DNA from: an uncultured Verrucomicrobiae bacterium
Lineage (GTDB): Bacteria > Verrucomicrobiota > Verrucomicrobiia > Limisphaerales > Palsa-1400
DNA: 64,000 bases
Direction: 5' to 3'
Assembly (NCBI GenBank): GCA_963702845.1
Contig: OY969763.1
Span: forward strand, 2,848,001 to 2,912,000
This document shows, in pieces, positions 9,937-20,007 of this stretch. A model generated the notes under the pieces. It searched no databases and had not been told where the DNA came from. It was given only the letters and a program-made list of their open reading frames with translations. A program made the translations under genes and the position numbers. The stretch's first letter is position 1; each line of letters opens with the position of its first letter.

Positions 9937-10248
9937 ATGTCCAGTATTGGAAAACTGATGAAACAGGCTGCTCGCATGCAGCAGCAGATGACCGAAATCC
10001 AGGCCCAGCTCGCGGCGCGCAAAGTTGAAGGAACCAGCGGCGGCGGCGCCGTCAAGGTCACCGCCACGTGCGACGGTTCGCTCGCCTCCATCAAGATTGA
10101 TCCGCAGACGCTCAATCCGAATGACGCGCAGTTGCTCGAAGACATGATTATTGCTGCGGTGAACCAGGCGTTGGCTCAGGCGAAGGAAATCTCCAGCGCT
10201 GAAATGGGCAAAGCCACTTCCGGATTCAATATTCCAGGACTGACTTGA
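9937..10248 (+). CDS. ybaB: YbaB/EbfC nucleoid-associated protein
   Basis: MKQA..MQ, GTSGGGAVKV, LEDMIIAAVNQA; sits upstream of recR. Confidence 0.95.
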   Translation: MSSIGKLMKQAARMQQQMTEIQAQLAARKVEGTSGGGAVKVTATCDGSLASIKIDPQTLNPNDAQLLEDMIIAAVNQALAQAKEISSAEMGKATSGFNIPGLT

Positions 10249-10856
10249 TGGCCGCCTTGCCCGACGCCATCACGAACCTGATCGCCGCTCTCGGAAAACT
10301 TCCCGGCATCGGCCCGCGTTCCGCCGAACGCCTCGCTTTGTTTTTAGTCCAAAGTGAAAGCTCCGCCGTGCGCGACCTCGCTAACATGCTCGTGCAAGCG
10401 CGCGAAAAGGTGAAGCTCTGTTCAATTTGCGGAGCACTGACCGAATACGATCCTTGCGCTGTCTGTTCAGATGCGAGACGCGATGCATCAATCATTTGCA
10501 TCGTCGAACGTCCGACCGACATTCTTAGCATCGAAAAAATGGCAGGCTTTCGCGGCAAATATCACGTGCTCGGCGGGAAAATTTCTCCACTGAACGGCGT
10601 CGAACCCGAAGACTTGCGCATCGCCGAATTGGAACAGCGGATGACTCGCGAACCAATCAAAGAACTGATTCTCGCATTGAGCACCGACGTCGAAGGTGAC
10701 GCGACGAGTTTCTATCTCGCAAAACGTTGGAAGGACAAAGACATCAAAGTTTCACGAATCGCGTATGGCCTGCCCGCCGGCAGCGGCCTGGAGTTCGCCG
10801 ATGAAATCACGTTGAGCCGCGCACTGGAAGGCCGGCGCGCCATGGACCAATTGTAA
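10248..10856 (+). CDS. recR: Recombination mediator RecR
   Basis: LPGIGPRSAERLA, C4 zinc finger, YHVLGG, EGDAT. Confidence 0.97.
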   Translation: MAALPDAITNLIAALGKLPGIGPRSAERLALFLVQSESSAVRDLANMLVQAREKVKLCSICGALTEYDPCAVCSDARRDASIICIVERPTDILSIEKMAGFRGKYHVLGGKISPLNGVEPEDLRIAELEQRMTREPIKELILALSTDVEGDATSFYLAKRWKDKDIKVSRIAYGLPAGSGLEFADEITLSRALEGRRAMDQL

Positions 10857-10858
10857 GT

Positions 10859-11473
10859 ATGCCAGTTCCGTCCGTTGTAGTTTTCGATTTGGGCAAAGTC
10901 CTCGTGGATTTTGACTACGGCATTGCTTCCAGCAAAATCGCCAAAACTTGCGGCATGGAATTAGCCGCGGTGAAAAAGGTTATCGATCAATCGCCGTTGC
11001 TCTATCGCTTCGAAACCGGTCTGATTACGAACGAACAATTTTACAAAGAAATTTGTTCGCACACCGGCTTCCGAGATTCGTTCGAAATATTCTGCGGCCA
11101 TTTCGCCGACATTTTCTGGGAGATCGAACCAATGATCGCGTGGAACGCGACGCTCCGTCGCAAGGGAATTCCGACCTACATTTTTTCGAATACAAACGGT
11201 ATCGCTGTCCGCCACATCCGTGAACGCTTCCCGTTCTTTGCGAATTTCAACAGCCACATCCTGTCTTATGAGCACGGCTGCATGAAACCAGATGCCGCAA
11301 TTTATGAAGTCGTTGAGAAACAAACCGGTCGCAAAGGTGCGGATATTTTCTATATAGATGACCGTTCCGAGAACATCGAAGCAGGTCTCAAGCGCGGTTG
11401 GCAGACGCACGTTCATTCAAACCCGCAGCAGACGTTTGATGTCGCGAAAAAATTAGGCCTACCTCTGGACTAG
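10859..11473 (+). CDS. HAD-family phosphatase (YihX-like)
   Basis: FDLGKV, SNTN, KPD, IDD motifs. Confidence 0.9.
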   Translation: MPVPSVVVFDLGKVLVDFDYGIASSKIAKTCGMELAAVKKVIDQSPLLYRFETGLITNEQFYKEICSHTGFRDSFEIFCGHFADIFWEIEPMIAWNATLRRKGIPTYIFSNTNGIAVRHIRERFPFFANFNSHILSYEHGCMKPDAAIYEVVEKQTGRKGADIFYIDDRSENIEAGLKRGWQTHVHSNPQQTFDVAKKLGLPLD

Positions 11474-11515
11474 TTTCTTCTTCCGTCTTTTTGCAACATC
11501 GCTACGATTTGTCGC

Positions 11516-12268
11516 GTGCGAGCCATCATCATTGCAGCAGGTCGTGGACGGCGTTTGATGCCGACGACCGCTGATTCTCCGAAGTGTTTTGCAGAGGTAA
11601 AAGGCAAACGTTTGCTGGACTGGTCGCTGCAAGCGTTTGCGGCCAACGGCATCAAAGACGTTTGCTTCATCGGCGGATACCAGATTGAAAAAGTGCGCCG
11701 TGATTATCCGTATTTCACGTTCCGCGTTAACGACAATTGGGAAAACAACAATATCCTAGCCTCGCTCATGTATGCCGAGGACTTGATGAACGAGCCCTTC
11801 ATCTGCACGTATGCAGACGTCCTTTACACCGCCGACGTTGTCGCCCGCCTGTTGCAAGGCCGCGGGGATATTGTCCTTTCAGTCGATACGAAGTGGCTCG
11901 ATAGATACGTCCATCGCACCATGCATCCACCAACCGACGCGGAAAAAGTGACGACACAAAACGGACACGTCACGCGTGTTCATCGCGGCATCGCGACCGA
12001 AGAAGCGCACGGAGAATACACCGGCCTTGCGAAGTTTTCAGCCGCAGGCGGTGAAGCTCTGCGCAAACATTTTCATCAACGCCGCGCACAATTTTCCGGT
12101 AAGCCGTATCGTGAAGCAGCGGTTTTCGAGAAGGCTTATCTCATCCATCTCTTGCAAGACATGATCGAGAACGGCGCGAAAATGGCACACGCGGACACGC
12201 CGGGTAGTTATATGGAAGTGGACACGCAACAGGACTTCGAACTCGCAAAGCAACTTTGGCAAGGATAA
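11516..12268 (+). CDS. Phosphocholine cytidylyltransferase-family nucleotidyltransferase
   Basis: AIIIAAGRGRRL..PK, DAEKV, GEYTGL, EVDT. Confidence 0.85.
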   Translation: MRAIIIAAGRGRRLMPTTADSPKCFAEVKGKRLLDWSLQAFAANGIKDVCFIGGYQIEKVRRDYPYFTFRVNDNWENNNILASLMYAEDLMNEPFICTYADVLYTADVVARLLQGRGDIVLSVDTKWLDRYVHRTMHPPTDAEKVTTQNGHVTRVHRGIATEEAHGEYTGLAKFSAAGGEALRKHFHQRRAQFSGKPYREAAVFEKAYLIHLLQDMIENGAKMAHADTPGSYMEVDTQQDFELAKQLWQG

Positions 12269-12271
12269 CAC

Positions 12272-13336
12272 ATGGCAAAAACACTCTTCCCCACTTCGGT
12301 TGTCGGATCGATGCCGCGTTCGGCCTTCGTTCTCGACTTGATCAACGACAAACCGCCGCTCTCCCCCGAGCGTTACGAAAAGGAAATGGACGCGGCCATC
12401 CGTTACATCGTCGCGTTGCAGGAGCATGCGGGTTTGGACGTAGTGACAGATGGCGAATGGCGACGTAAATCGTATATTGGCGTCATCGCCGAATTGGCGC
12501 ACGGTTTCGAACTCGGTTACAATCCTGAAGATGGACGCCCGTGGACGATCGTCGTCGACAAGCTTTCCGCCAAAAAACCCGGCTTCATCGCCAACGAAAT
12601 CACGTTCCTAAAAAAACTCACGAATCGAACGATCAAAGCCACATTGCCCTCCCCTGCTCTATTGGGTGAACGCATGTGGCATCCGGAAAGATCGAAGAAG
12701 GCATACCCGAACCGCGATGATTTTGTCCGTGATTGCGTGCCGGTGTTGCACCGCGAATTGGAACTAATCAAAAAAGCCGGCGCTGATATCGCGCAAATCG
12801 ATGATCCGCACCTTTGCCTTTTCGTCGATCCCAAAGTACGCGCGCAATATTCGAATGCCGATGCAGCAGCGGATTTTTCCGTCGATATGGTCAATCAGCT
12901 TGTCGATGGCGTGAAAGATATCAGACTTGCCGTGCATCTTTGCCGTCGTGCCGGTGCGCGTGTCCGTGGTGAAGCGCAATTCCAAGGCGGCTACGATCCC
13001 ATTCTCTCCCAGCTAAACCGGTTGAAAGTAAATCATCTGACGATGGAATTCACCGCGCCGGGTGCTGGTGACATGGCCGTGTTCAAGAAATTGCGTGAAG
13101 ATCTCGAGATCGGCTTGGGCTGCGTCAGCGTTGCGCCCGGACAAGTGGACTCGGCAGAAACGATCGTCAAGCGTGTTGAACAGGCGCTGCAATTTCTCGC
13201 GCCGGAACGAATCACTTTGAATCCAGATTGCGGTTTCGCTCCTGGCTCAGGCGCTGTCGTGAGCATGGACGAAGCCTACCAGAAACTGCGGAACGAAGTC
13301 GCCGCCGCCGAAATCTTACGCGCGAAGCACGGCTAA
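12272..13336 (+). CDS. Cobalamin-independent methionine synthase II family (single-barrel MetE-like) protein
   Basis: TSVVGSMPR, VTDGEWRR, zinc ligands HLC and NPDCG. Confidence 0.88.
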   Translation: MAKTLFPTSVVGSMPRSAFVLDLINDKPPLSPERYEKEMDAAIRYIVALQEHAGLDVVTDGEWRRKSYIGVIAELAHGFELGYNPEDGRPWTIVVDKLSAKKPGFIANEITFLKKLTNRTIKATLPSPALLGERMWHPERSKKAYPNRDDFVRDCVPVLHRELELIKKAGADIAQIDDPHLCLFVDPKVRAQYSNADAAADFSVDMVNQLVDGVKDIRLAVHLCRRAGARVRGEAQFQGGYDPILSQLNRLKVNHLTMEFTAPGAGDMAVFKKLREDLEIGLGCVSVAPGQVDSAETIVKRVEQALQFLAPERITLNPDCGFAPGSGAVVSMDEAYQKLRNEVAAAEILRAKHG

Positions 13337-13599
13337 CCGGCGGCTTGTTTGGCCTGCACGGCTTTAGCCATCGCACTGACCGATTGCAGAGTTTCCTTTG
13401 CTTTGGCGGCGTCAGGAATTTTCAGGCCGAAGTTTTTGTCGAGAGCTACGACGAGTTGAAGGGCGTCGACGGAATCGAGGCCAAGGCTCCCGGGACCGAA
13501 AAGCGGCTGGTCGTCACCGATTTCGGCAGGAGTAATTTTGAGCATCAAGTTTTCGACCATGATTGCTTTGATCTGTTGTCGCAGTTCAGCTTCGTTCAT
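13333..13599 (-). CDS. Acyl carrier protein
   Basis: GLDSVDALQL phosphopantetheine motif. Confidence 0.93.
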   Translation of the reverse strand: MNEAELRQQIKAIMVENLMLKITPAEIGDDQPLFGPGSLGLDSVDALQLVVALDKNFGLKIPDAAKAKETLQSVSAMAKAVQAKQAAG

Positions 13600-14331
13600 T
13601 CAGACTAATCCTCCATCAATTTTCAAAACAGCACCAGTGACATAACTTGCGTCGTCACTGGCAAAAAAGAGTATTGCGCCGGTGATATCTTCCGGCTTGG
13701 CAAGGCGGCGCATCGGGATGCGCTGGCGAATGGCGTCGAGTTCCTGCGCGGCAATGCTGTTGAGGGCTTCAGTCTCAACGTAGCCGGGGCAAATCGCATT
13801 GACCGTGATGCCGATGCGGGCGACTTCTTTAGCGAGCGATTGTGTCAACGCAACGACGCCTGCTTTAGCAGCGGCATAATTGGTTTGCCCAGCGGGAGCA
13901 ACGATGGCGCTCAAGGAAGCGATGTTGATAATCCGGCCTCGGCGCTGGCCGATCATTGTCGGCAACACTGCCTGACATCCGTGGAAGACGGAATCGAGAT
14001 TGGCGTCGAGAACGCTCGTCCATGATTCCTGCGACATCGTGGCGAGAAGACTGTCATCGTGACGACCGGCGTTATTGACGAGGACGTCGATGCTCTTGCT
14101 GCGCTCGGCAATTGTGGCGACGCATTTTTTCCATGCGTCAGGTTTGGTGACGTCAAGTGTTATGCAGGCGCAGCGGTTCGGGAATTCGTTCGCGACCTGG
14201 TCTGCGTGGTCGCGTCGTTCTCGGACGGTAAGCCAGACAAAGTCTTCGGGATTGCGGCGTAAGAACGCTCGTGCCATTTCCGCGCCGAGCCGGCCATTGC
14301 CGCCGGTGATGATAATAGTGCGTTGGGCCAT
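13600..14331 (-). CDS. 3-oxoacyl-ACP reductase (FabG-like SDR)
   Basis: TGGNGRLG, NNAG, YAAAK. Confidence 0.9.
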   Translation of the reverse strand: MAQRTIIITGGNGRLGAEMARAFLRRNPEDFVWLTVRERRDHADQVANEFPNRCACITLDVTKPDAWKKCVATIAERSKSIDVLVNNAGRHDDSLLATMSQESWTSVLDANLDSVFHGCQAVLPTMIGQRRGRIINIASLSAIVAPAGQTNYAAAKAGVVALTQSLAKEVARIGITVNAICPGYVETEALNSIAAQELDAIRQRIPMRRLAKPEDITGAILFFASDDASYVTGAVLKIDGGLV

Positions 14332-15363
14332 CTATTTATTTTGCACGAAGCATGCGCCAACGGCTTGCTGGAGACAACCACCGATGCTGACGAGAGCGTT
14401 GTTTGCGGTGTTTTGTTTAAGGGCATCGACCGCGGCGACACATTGCCATGCCGAACCCGCCATCATTCCTTCACCGAGAACTGTCTTGGGAGAAATGCGC
14501 GGCTGTGACCAATCAGACCAAACAGCATCGTCCGACTTGTCGTAGTTTTTCAAACCCACGCGGCTATCGCACAATAACGAAGCCTCACTGGCGAGCGGCA
14601 TCAAATCGGCGCGCACGTGTTTTGTCGCGCCAAGTTTTTCCGCTTGGTTTGAATAGAGATGTGGGTCGGTAATGCCGGTGAGTTCAACGGCGCTGGAGCC
14701 CTCCACGCGTTGTCGGTTTGAAACATACAACGCACCAGCCCCCTCGCTACAAACAACACGGGGTGAAAACAAATGAAACGCATCCAAAATAGGCCAGTCG
14801 ATTTCCTCAGCACCGACCACGACACAACCGTCAACGAGGTCCTGATCGAGCCAATCTGCAGCGAGCGCCAAACCTTCTAAAAACCCGCTGGTGTCACCGA
14901 GCAAAGTGTAATTGATAGCGGGACTCGGAAGCACGGCGGCGACGTGACTGCTGGGAGCATTGAAAACCGTTTCGGCGAAGACGAGCGGGCTGGCGGTTGC
15001 GGGATCATGCCAGGCTTCGTGGTAAAAGCGGCGCGTAAATTGGACACATCCGGCGAGCACACAAAGGACGATGCCGATGCGTTCGGTTTTTGGATCGGCC
15101 TTGGCATCAGCAATGGCTTGCAAGGTGGCACTGGCGGCGAAACTGGTAATCGGTGTTGTCCGGCGAAGGCGCGCGTTGGCAAAAATTGCTGGAACTGGAT
15201 TCGGCGGAGGCACGCGGCGGCAGGCCAATGGTTGCAACCAACCCGGTCGCTGCACGCAGGCGTTTGCGGGAACCTGGTCGTTGGCCAATGCATTGCGCAA
15301 TGCTTCAACGCTCCAGCCAACTGGCGACACTGCACCTATTCCATTTACGAATACGCGCTTCAC
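14332..15363 (-). CDS. Non-catalytic ketosynthase homolog (chain-length-factor-like)
   Basis: KS N-terminal fold with SPLVFAETVFNA. The catalytic Cys position reads LLGDTSG. Confidence 0.8.
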   Translation of the reverse strand: MKRVFVNGIGAVSPVGWSVEALRNALANDQVPANACVQRPGWLQPLACRRVPPPNPVPAIFANARLRRTTPITSFAASATLQAIADAKADPKTERIGIVLCVLAGCVQFTRRFYHEAWHDPATASPLVFAETVFNAPSSHVAAVLPSPAINYTLLGDTSGFLEGLALAADWLDQDLVDGCVVVGAEEIDWPILDAFHLFSPRVVCSEGAGALYVSNRQRVEGSSAVELTGITDPHLYSNQAEKLGATKHVRADLMPLASEASLLCDSRVGLKNYDKSDDAVWSDWSQPRISPKTVLGEGMMAGSAWQCVAAVDALKQNTANNALVSIGGCLQQAVGACFVQNK

Positions 15364-16613
15364 TCCGCCCTCCGGAAAATGACGCTGGCATTGGCACCAC
15401 CAAAACCAAAAGAGTTGCTAAGCGCGTATTGGAGCGGCGCGTCAGTCGGTTTGAGGACCAACGGAAATTTGCAAGCGGGGTCGGCAATTTGCGTGCTGCA
15501 CATCGGCGGCAACCATTGACCTTGCAGCGCCATCAAGCAAATAGCGGCCTCGACCGCTCCCGCCGCTCCAAGCAGATGGCCGACGCTGGCTTTCGTGGAA
15601 CTCACATGCACACGCGACGCAGCTTCCCCTGCCCAGCGCGAAATCGCGGCAGCTTCGGCGGCATCGTTTAGAGTCGTTCCTGTGCCGTGCGCATTGATGT
15701 ATTTGATCTGTTCGGTTTTCAACCCAGCCGATGCACACGCTGCAGACATCGATGCCAAGGCAGCGTTTCCTTCAGGTTGAGGCTGCGTCAGGTGGTGGCA
15801 ATCCGTCGCTGCTCCGTAACCGACGATTTCACCGATAGATTTTGCACCGCGCGCTTGAGCGTGCTCGGCGGATTCAAAAATAAAAACTGCGGCCCCTTCA
15901 CCCAAAGCCAAGCCATTGCGATTCGCATCGAATGGACGGCATTGTGTCGGCGACAGTGCTTGGAGCGAATCGAAACCAGTGAAAACCATTTCGCAAAGCG
16001 CATCATACCCGCCGGTCACCACAACGTCCGCCTGGCGATTGCGCACCATTTCAAACGCGTGCCCGACGGCGTTGGAACCGGACGCGCAGGCGTTGGCGAT
16101 GGTGATGGTTTGTCCAGCGATTCCAAGGGCCTCGGCGAGCGTTGCGATTTGGGTTTGTGCGAGATACTGCAGGACGCGCGTAGCTTGTTTTGTTTTTGCA
16201 AGCGGTTGTTCGATGGCCGTTCGATAATAGGACTGCCCCATGGTCATGCCGCCACTCGTCGTTCCGAGAACGATAGGCGTTTTGTGCAATGACGCCGCGC
16301 TCAGATCCAGTTTGGATTGGCCCAGCGCTTCATCAGCAGCGGTGAGCAAAAGTTCCGCGGCGCGATCAAGGCGGTGCGTGGCGCGCGAGTGCAACTTCAT
16401 TGTTGGGACATCGGACGGGATGTCCGCTTCCGCAGCGACTTTGGTGCGATGCTTTGACACATCAAACAAAGTCACGCCACGAAAAGCGCGGCGTCCGGTG
16501 CGAAAACCTTCCGCGTTTTGATTCCAGCCCCGCCCCAGAGACGTAATGATGCCGACGCCGGTAATCACGACGCGAGCAGATGACGATGAGCCCCTTGGAC
16601 GCGGAAAAAGCAC
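15360..16613 (-). CDS. Beta-ketoacyl-ACP synthase II (FabF/aryl-polyene-type KS)
   Basis: NACASG, NAHGTGT, VGHLLGAAG, SNSFGFGG. Confidence 0.92.
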   Translation of the reverse strand: MLFPRPRGSSSSARVVITGVGIITSLGRGWNQNAEGFRTGRRAFRGVTLFDVSKHRTKVAAEADIPSDVPTMKLHSRATHRLDRAAELLLTAADEALGQSKLDLSAASLHKTPIVLGTTSGGMTMGQSYYRTAIEQPLAKTKQATRVLQYLAQTQIATLAEALGIAGQTITIANACASGSNAVGHAFEMVRNRQADVVVTGGYDALCEMVFTGFDSLQALSPTQCRPFDANRNGLALGEGAAVFIFESAEHAQARGAKSIGEIVGYGAATDCHHLTQPQPEGNAALASMSAACASAGLKTEQIKYINAHGTGTTLNDAAEAAAISRWAGEAASRVHVSSTKASVGHLLGAAGAVEAAICLMALQGQWLPPMCSTQIADPACKFPLVLKPTDAPLQYALSNSFGFGGANASVIFRRAE

Positions 16614-16827
16614 TGCGTAAAGAAGTCTTAAACGCTATGTGTTTTCAAGGTTAAACGTGTGTTTTGCGGGCATTACATTTTGAATGTGGCCATTCCGTTC
16701 TGAACTATTGGGCATTGCCTCCAACATCGTTTTGCTGTTTTGGACGAACACACCAACATCTAGCCACATGCTAGCATCGCACTGGCGAGTATCTGATAAG
16801 GGGAAACCGCCAAACATGTATCCGAAA

Positions 16828-17955
16828 TTATTCCGACTTCGCCAATCTGCCATCGCTTCGAACGCGCAAACGTTGGCCGCGCCAAATGACGGTGTTGCCG
16901 ACAAACGAAAGAGCCCAAACGGCAACTCCCAAAAGATCGCTGACCGGCGCCAGCCAGAAACAGCTGAGATGTTTGTTCGATTGCGTCAGCCTGCTCTGCA
17001 GATGGATCGCAGTGATCATGCGAAAGAACAAAAAGCCAGCGGCACAGAGCGCGGCTTCTGGATCAATGATCATCCAAAGCACAGGCCACACCGAGGCGTT
17101 GTTCAGGATGCTCATAAAATATGGCAACGGTTGGCAGATGCGGATAGTGCGCGCCCAACGTAATTGATGCGCCCAAACTTTTCCCCATGATTGCTGCGCT
17201 TCGTAGCAATCAACGGCGATTGTTGAGAACTCGATACGCTTTCCGGATTTGGCAACGCGGCGGCCAAGTTCGTAATCGTCGGCGAGATAATCAGCCAGTG
17301 CTTTGAAGCCGCCGATTTTTTTAAGCTGCGCCTTCGGCAAGGCCATGACAGCGCCGAGAGCAAACTCAACTTTCTGAATGCTACGCGATTGCAGGACCTG
17401 GCTCCAAAAATCGGCGTTCACAGCCACCGCTTCCCAGCGCATCGCGAGCGTGCTCGGATTAGCGAGACGGTAAAAACAATTCACTAGACCGATCGTTGCG
17501 TCTTCAAACATTGGCACCACGTTCGCCAAAAACTCAAATGGGACGAACACATCGGAATCGCTAACAATGACCAACTCGTGCGCGATTGCCGGTTCCAGTT
17601 GGGCAAGGCTGGAAACTTTTCCGTTCGTGCCGATCGTCTGGTCGCAGATTATCAATTCGGCGTTACACTTCGGGTGCTCAGCCATTAGCTCGCTGACGAC
17701 GGTGCAAACCGGGTCGTCAGGTGACGCGACACCGAAGAGAATCTGCACAGGCCCGGCATGCTGTTGAGTCATCCAGCTTTTAAGGCAGCGTTTGGTTTCG
17801 GCATCGCACCCGCGTAAAGGTTTTAAAACCGTGACACCCTTTGACGAAGGCGGCGCGAGACTTCGGCGATGTAACGGAAAACGGCACGCCACGGCCCAGC
17901 GCCAAAACGTCAGCGCCAAACTTAAGTAGGCCAATATGGCAAACGCCAGTTTCAA
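16828..17955 (-). CDS. hpnI: HpnI/ceramide glucosyltransferase-like GT21 glycosyltransferase
   Basis: VLKPLRG, NGKV, SDSD, LADDYELG, HQLRWARTIR. The start is probably TTG at 17955. Confidence 0.8.
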   Translation of the reverse strand: MKLAFAILAYLSLALTFWRWAVACRFPLHRRSLAPPSSKGVTVLKPLRGCDAETKRCLKSWMTQQHAGPVQILFGVASPDDPVCTVVSELMAEHPKCNAELIICDQTIGTNGKVSSLAQLEPAIAHELVIVSDSDVFVPFEFLANVVPMFEDATIGLVNCFYRLANPSTLAMRWEAVAVNADFWSQVLQSRSIQKVEFALGAVMALPKAQLKKIGGFKALADYLADDYELGRRVAKSGKRIEFSTIAVDCYEAQQSWGKVWAHQLRWARTIRICQPLPYFMSILNNASVWPVLWMIIDPEAALCAAGFLFFRMITAIHLQSRLTQSNKHLSCFWLAPVSDLLGVAVWALSFVGNTVIWRGQRLRVRSDGRLAKSE

Positions 17956-17962
17956 GGTGGAG

Positions 17963-18051
17963 ACACTAAACAGACGCGGTCGCGTCAGCAAGCGGCTTGA
18001 GGCATGGCGCAGATACAAACCGCTTGCTGACGCGCCCGGCTCTGCTAGCCT
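17963..18051. promoter_or_regulatory. Mirror-image divergent promoters within a 15-bp inverted repeat
   Basis: CGCGTCAGCAAGCGG (17981-17995) / CCGCTTGCTGACGCG (18020-18034). Each arm gives TTGCTG, then TAGTGT (17-nt spacer, minus strand) or TAGCCT (16-nt spacer, plus strand). Confidence 0.6.
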
Positions 18052-18059
18052 GCCGCGCG

Positions 18060-19463
18060 ATGAGTTCGCTTCTGATCACCGGCGGCCGTGTTATTGATCC
18101 GGCAAATCATTTCGACGCTGTTGCTGATGTGCTTGTCGAAAACGGGAAGATTTCTGCATCGGGCACCGACGCGGCACTGAAAGCTCCCAAGAAAATCGAG
18201 CGCTTCGATGCCAAGGGTTTGATCGTGTGTCCGGGCCTCATTGATATTCATGCACACCTGCGCGAACCGGGGCAATCGTCCAAAGAAACAATCGCGACCG
18301 GCTCGGCTTCAGCCGCACGCGGCGGATTCACTTCTGTCGTGTGCATGCCGAATACTTCGCCTGCGATTGATAACGCCGGAACCGTCGCCCTTATTCGCGA
18401 AAAGGCCGCGCGCGAAGCTTCCATTAACATTTTCGTCGCCGGTGCGATCACGAAAAACATCGCCGGTGAAGAACTCGCGCCGATTGGCTCACTGAAAAAG
18501 GCTGGGGTCATTGCGATCACAGACGATGGCCATTGCATCCAAAATCACGAATTGATGCGGCGCGCTCTGGAATATGCCGGAATGTTTGACCTCATCGTCA
18601 TGGATCATTGCCAGGATTACTCGATGGTTTCCGACGGTGTCGTCCATGAAGGTTATTGGAGTGCGGCTTTGGGTTTGCGCGGTTGGCCGGCGCTAGGTGA
18701 AGAATTGATCGTGGAAAGAAACATTCGATTGGCCGAGCTAACTGGCACGCACATCCACTGCCAACATTTGAGTTCGGCGCGAAGTGTCGACCTGATTCGC
18801 GAAGCTAAAAAGAAGGGCATTCCAATTTCTGGAGAAGCTTGCCCGCACCATTTCACCCTGACCGATACGACGATCGCCGGAAGCGACAAGTTTTGGAACA
18901 GCGACGGCAAAGAGCTCATTGCGGGCGGTGGCGAGTTACCGCAATGGCCGGTGTATGACACAAATTTCAAAATGAATCCGCCGTTGCGAACCGCTGCCGA
19001 TCGCGCTGCGCTGATTGAAGGATTGGCCGATGGAACGATCGAAATCATCTCCAGCGACCACGCGCCGCATTGTGATTACGAAAAGGAAGTGGAGTTTGAC
19101 TATGCGCCGTTCGGCATTACCGGTTTTGAAACCGAGCTACCGCTGTCATTGATGCAACTTTATCACACCAGCAAGCTCTCCCTGCCCGCTTTGATCGAGA
19201 AGTTTACCAGCGCCCCAGCGCGTCTGCTGAAACTGAACAAAGGCAATCTCAGCAACGGTATGGATGCTGATATCACGATCATTGATCCCGATAAGAGTTG
19301 GCTGTTCAAAGCTGACGAGACCGCCAGCAAGAGCAAGAACACGCCCTTTCATAATTGGCCGATGCGCGGCAAAGCCGTTGCGACAGTGGTCGCCGGAAAA
19401 ATCGTCTGGAAGGAATCGGATTCTGTGTTAGTGTCAAATACTAGTGCAGCAATGACAGAATAA
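18060..19463 (+). CDS. pyrC: Dihydroorotase
   Basis: DIHAHLREPG, MPNT, TDDG, KMNPPLR, SDHAPH. Confidence 0.95.
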   Translation: MSSLLITGGRVIDPANHFDAVADVLVENGKISASGTDAALKAPKKIERFDAKGLIVCPGLIDIHAHLREPGQSSKETIATGSASAARGGFTSVVCMPNTSPAIDNAGTVALIREKAAREASINIFVAGAITKNIAGEELAPIGSLKKAGVIAITDDGHCIQNHELMRRALEYAGMFDLIVMDHCQDYSMVSDGVVHEGYWSAALGLRGWPALGEELIVERNIRLAELTGTHIHCQHLSSARSVDLIREAKKKGIPISGEACPHHFTLTDTTIAGSDKFWNSDGKELIAGGGELPQWPVYDTNFKMNPPLRTAADRAALIEGLADGTIEIISSDHAPHCDYEKEVEFDYAPFGITGFETELPLSLMQLYHTSKLSLPALIEKFTSAPARLLKLNKGNLSNGMDADITIIDPDKSWLFKADETASKSKNTPFHNWPMRGKAVATVVAGKIVWKESDSVLVSNTSAAMTE

Positions 19464-19494
19464 CCGCCACTCACCCGGCAATATCTATACACCC

Positions 19495-19941
19495 ATGAAA
19501 AAAGTTATCGTCGCTCTACTCGCCTGTTGGGCCGCTTTCCAAGTCGCCGCGGCTGACAAACTCGACTGGCAAACGGACCTTACGAAAGCTCAGGCGCAGG
19601 CCAAAAAAGAAAAGAAACTCGTCCTGCTCAACTTCACCGGTTCGGACTGGTGCGGATGGTGCATCAAACTGAACCACGACACGTTTTCCAAACCAGAATG
19701 GGCGACCTACGCCAAGACGAACCTGGTTCTCGTCGAAGTGGATTTTCCCCACTCCAAAGAACTGCCGGAATCATTAAAAAACGCGAACGACGCCTTGCAG
19801 AAGAAATATAAGGTGGAAGGATTTCCGACTATCGTTGTGGTAAAGCCGGATGGCACCGTGGTTTGGACTAATGAAGGCTATCTCGCTGACGGACCGAAAG
19901 CCATGATCGACGAAATCGAGAAAGCAAAAAAAGGAGCCTAG
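19495..19941 (+). CDS. Exported thioredoxin-family protein
   Basis: Signal peptide, FTGSDWCGWC, GFPT. Confidence 0.9.
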   Translation: MKKVIVALLACWAAFQVAAADKLDWQTDLTKAQAQAKKEKKLVLLNFTGSDWCGWCIKLNHDTFSKPEWATYAKTNLVLVEVDFPHSKELPESLKNANDALQKKYKVEGFPTIVVVKPDGTVVWTNEGYLADGPKAMIDEIEKAKKGA

Positions 19942-19967
19942 TTGCTTAAAAACAATTTTAATATTGC

Positions 19968-19997
19968 AAGCGTGGCTGAATCAGCCACGCTTTTTTC
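19968..19997 (+). terminator. Terminator-like hairpin just upstream of carA
   Basis: AAGCGTGGCTGA-A-TCAGCCACGCTT followed by a T run. Confidence 0.7.
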
Positions 19998-20007
19998 TCA
20001 ATAAATA

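Noticed and set aside
13333..16613. Ladderane or core fatty-acid synthesis operon
   Set aside because: No radical SAM genes and no fabD/fabH/plsX; the Cys-less KS points to a KS/CLF system.
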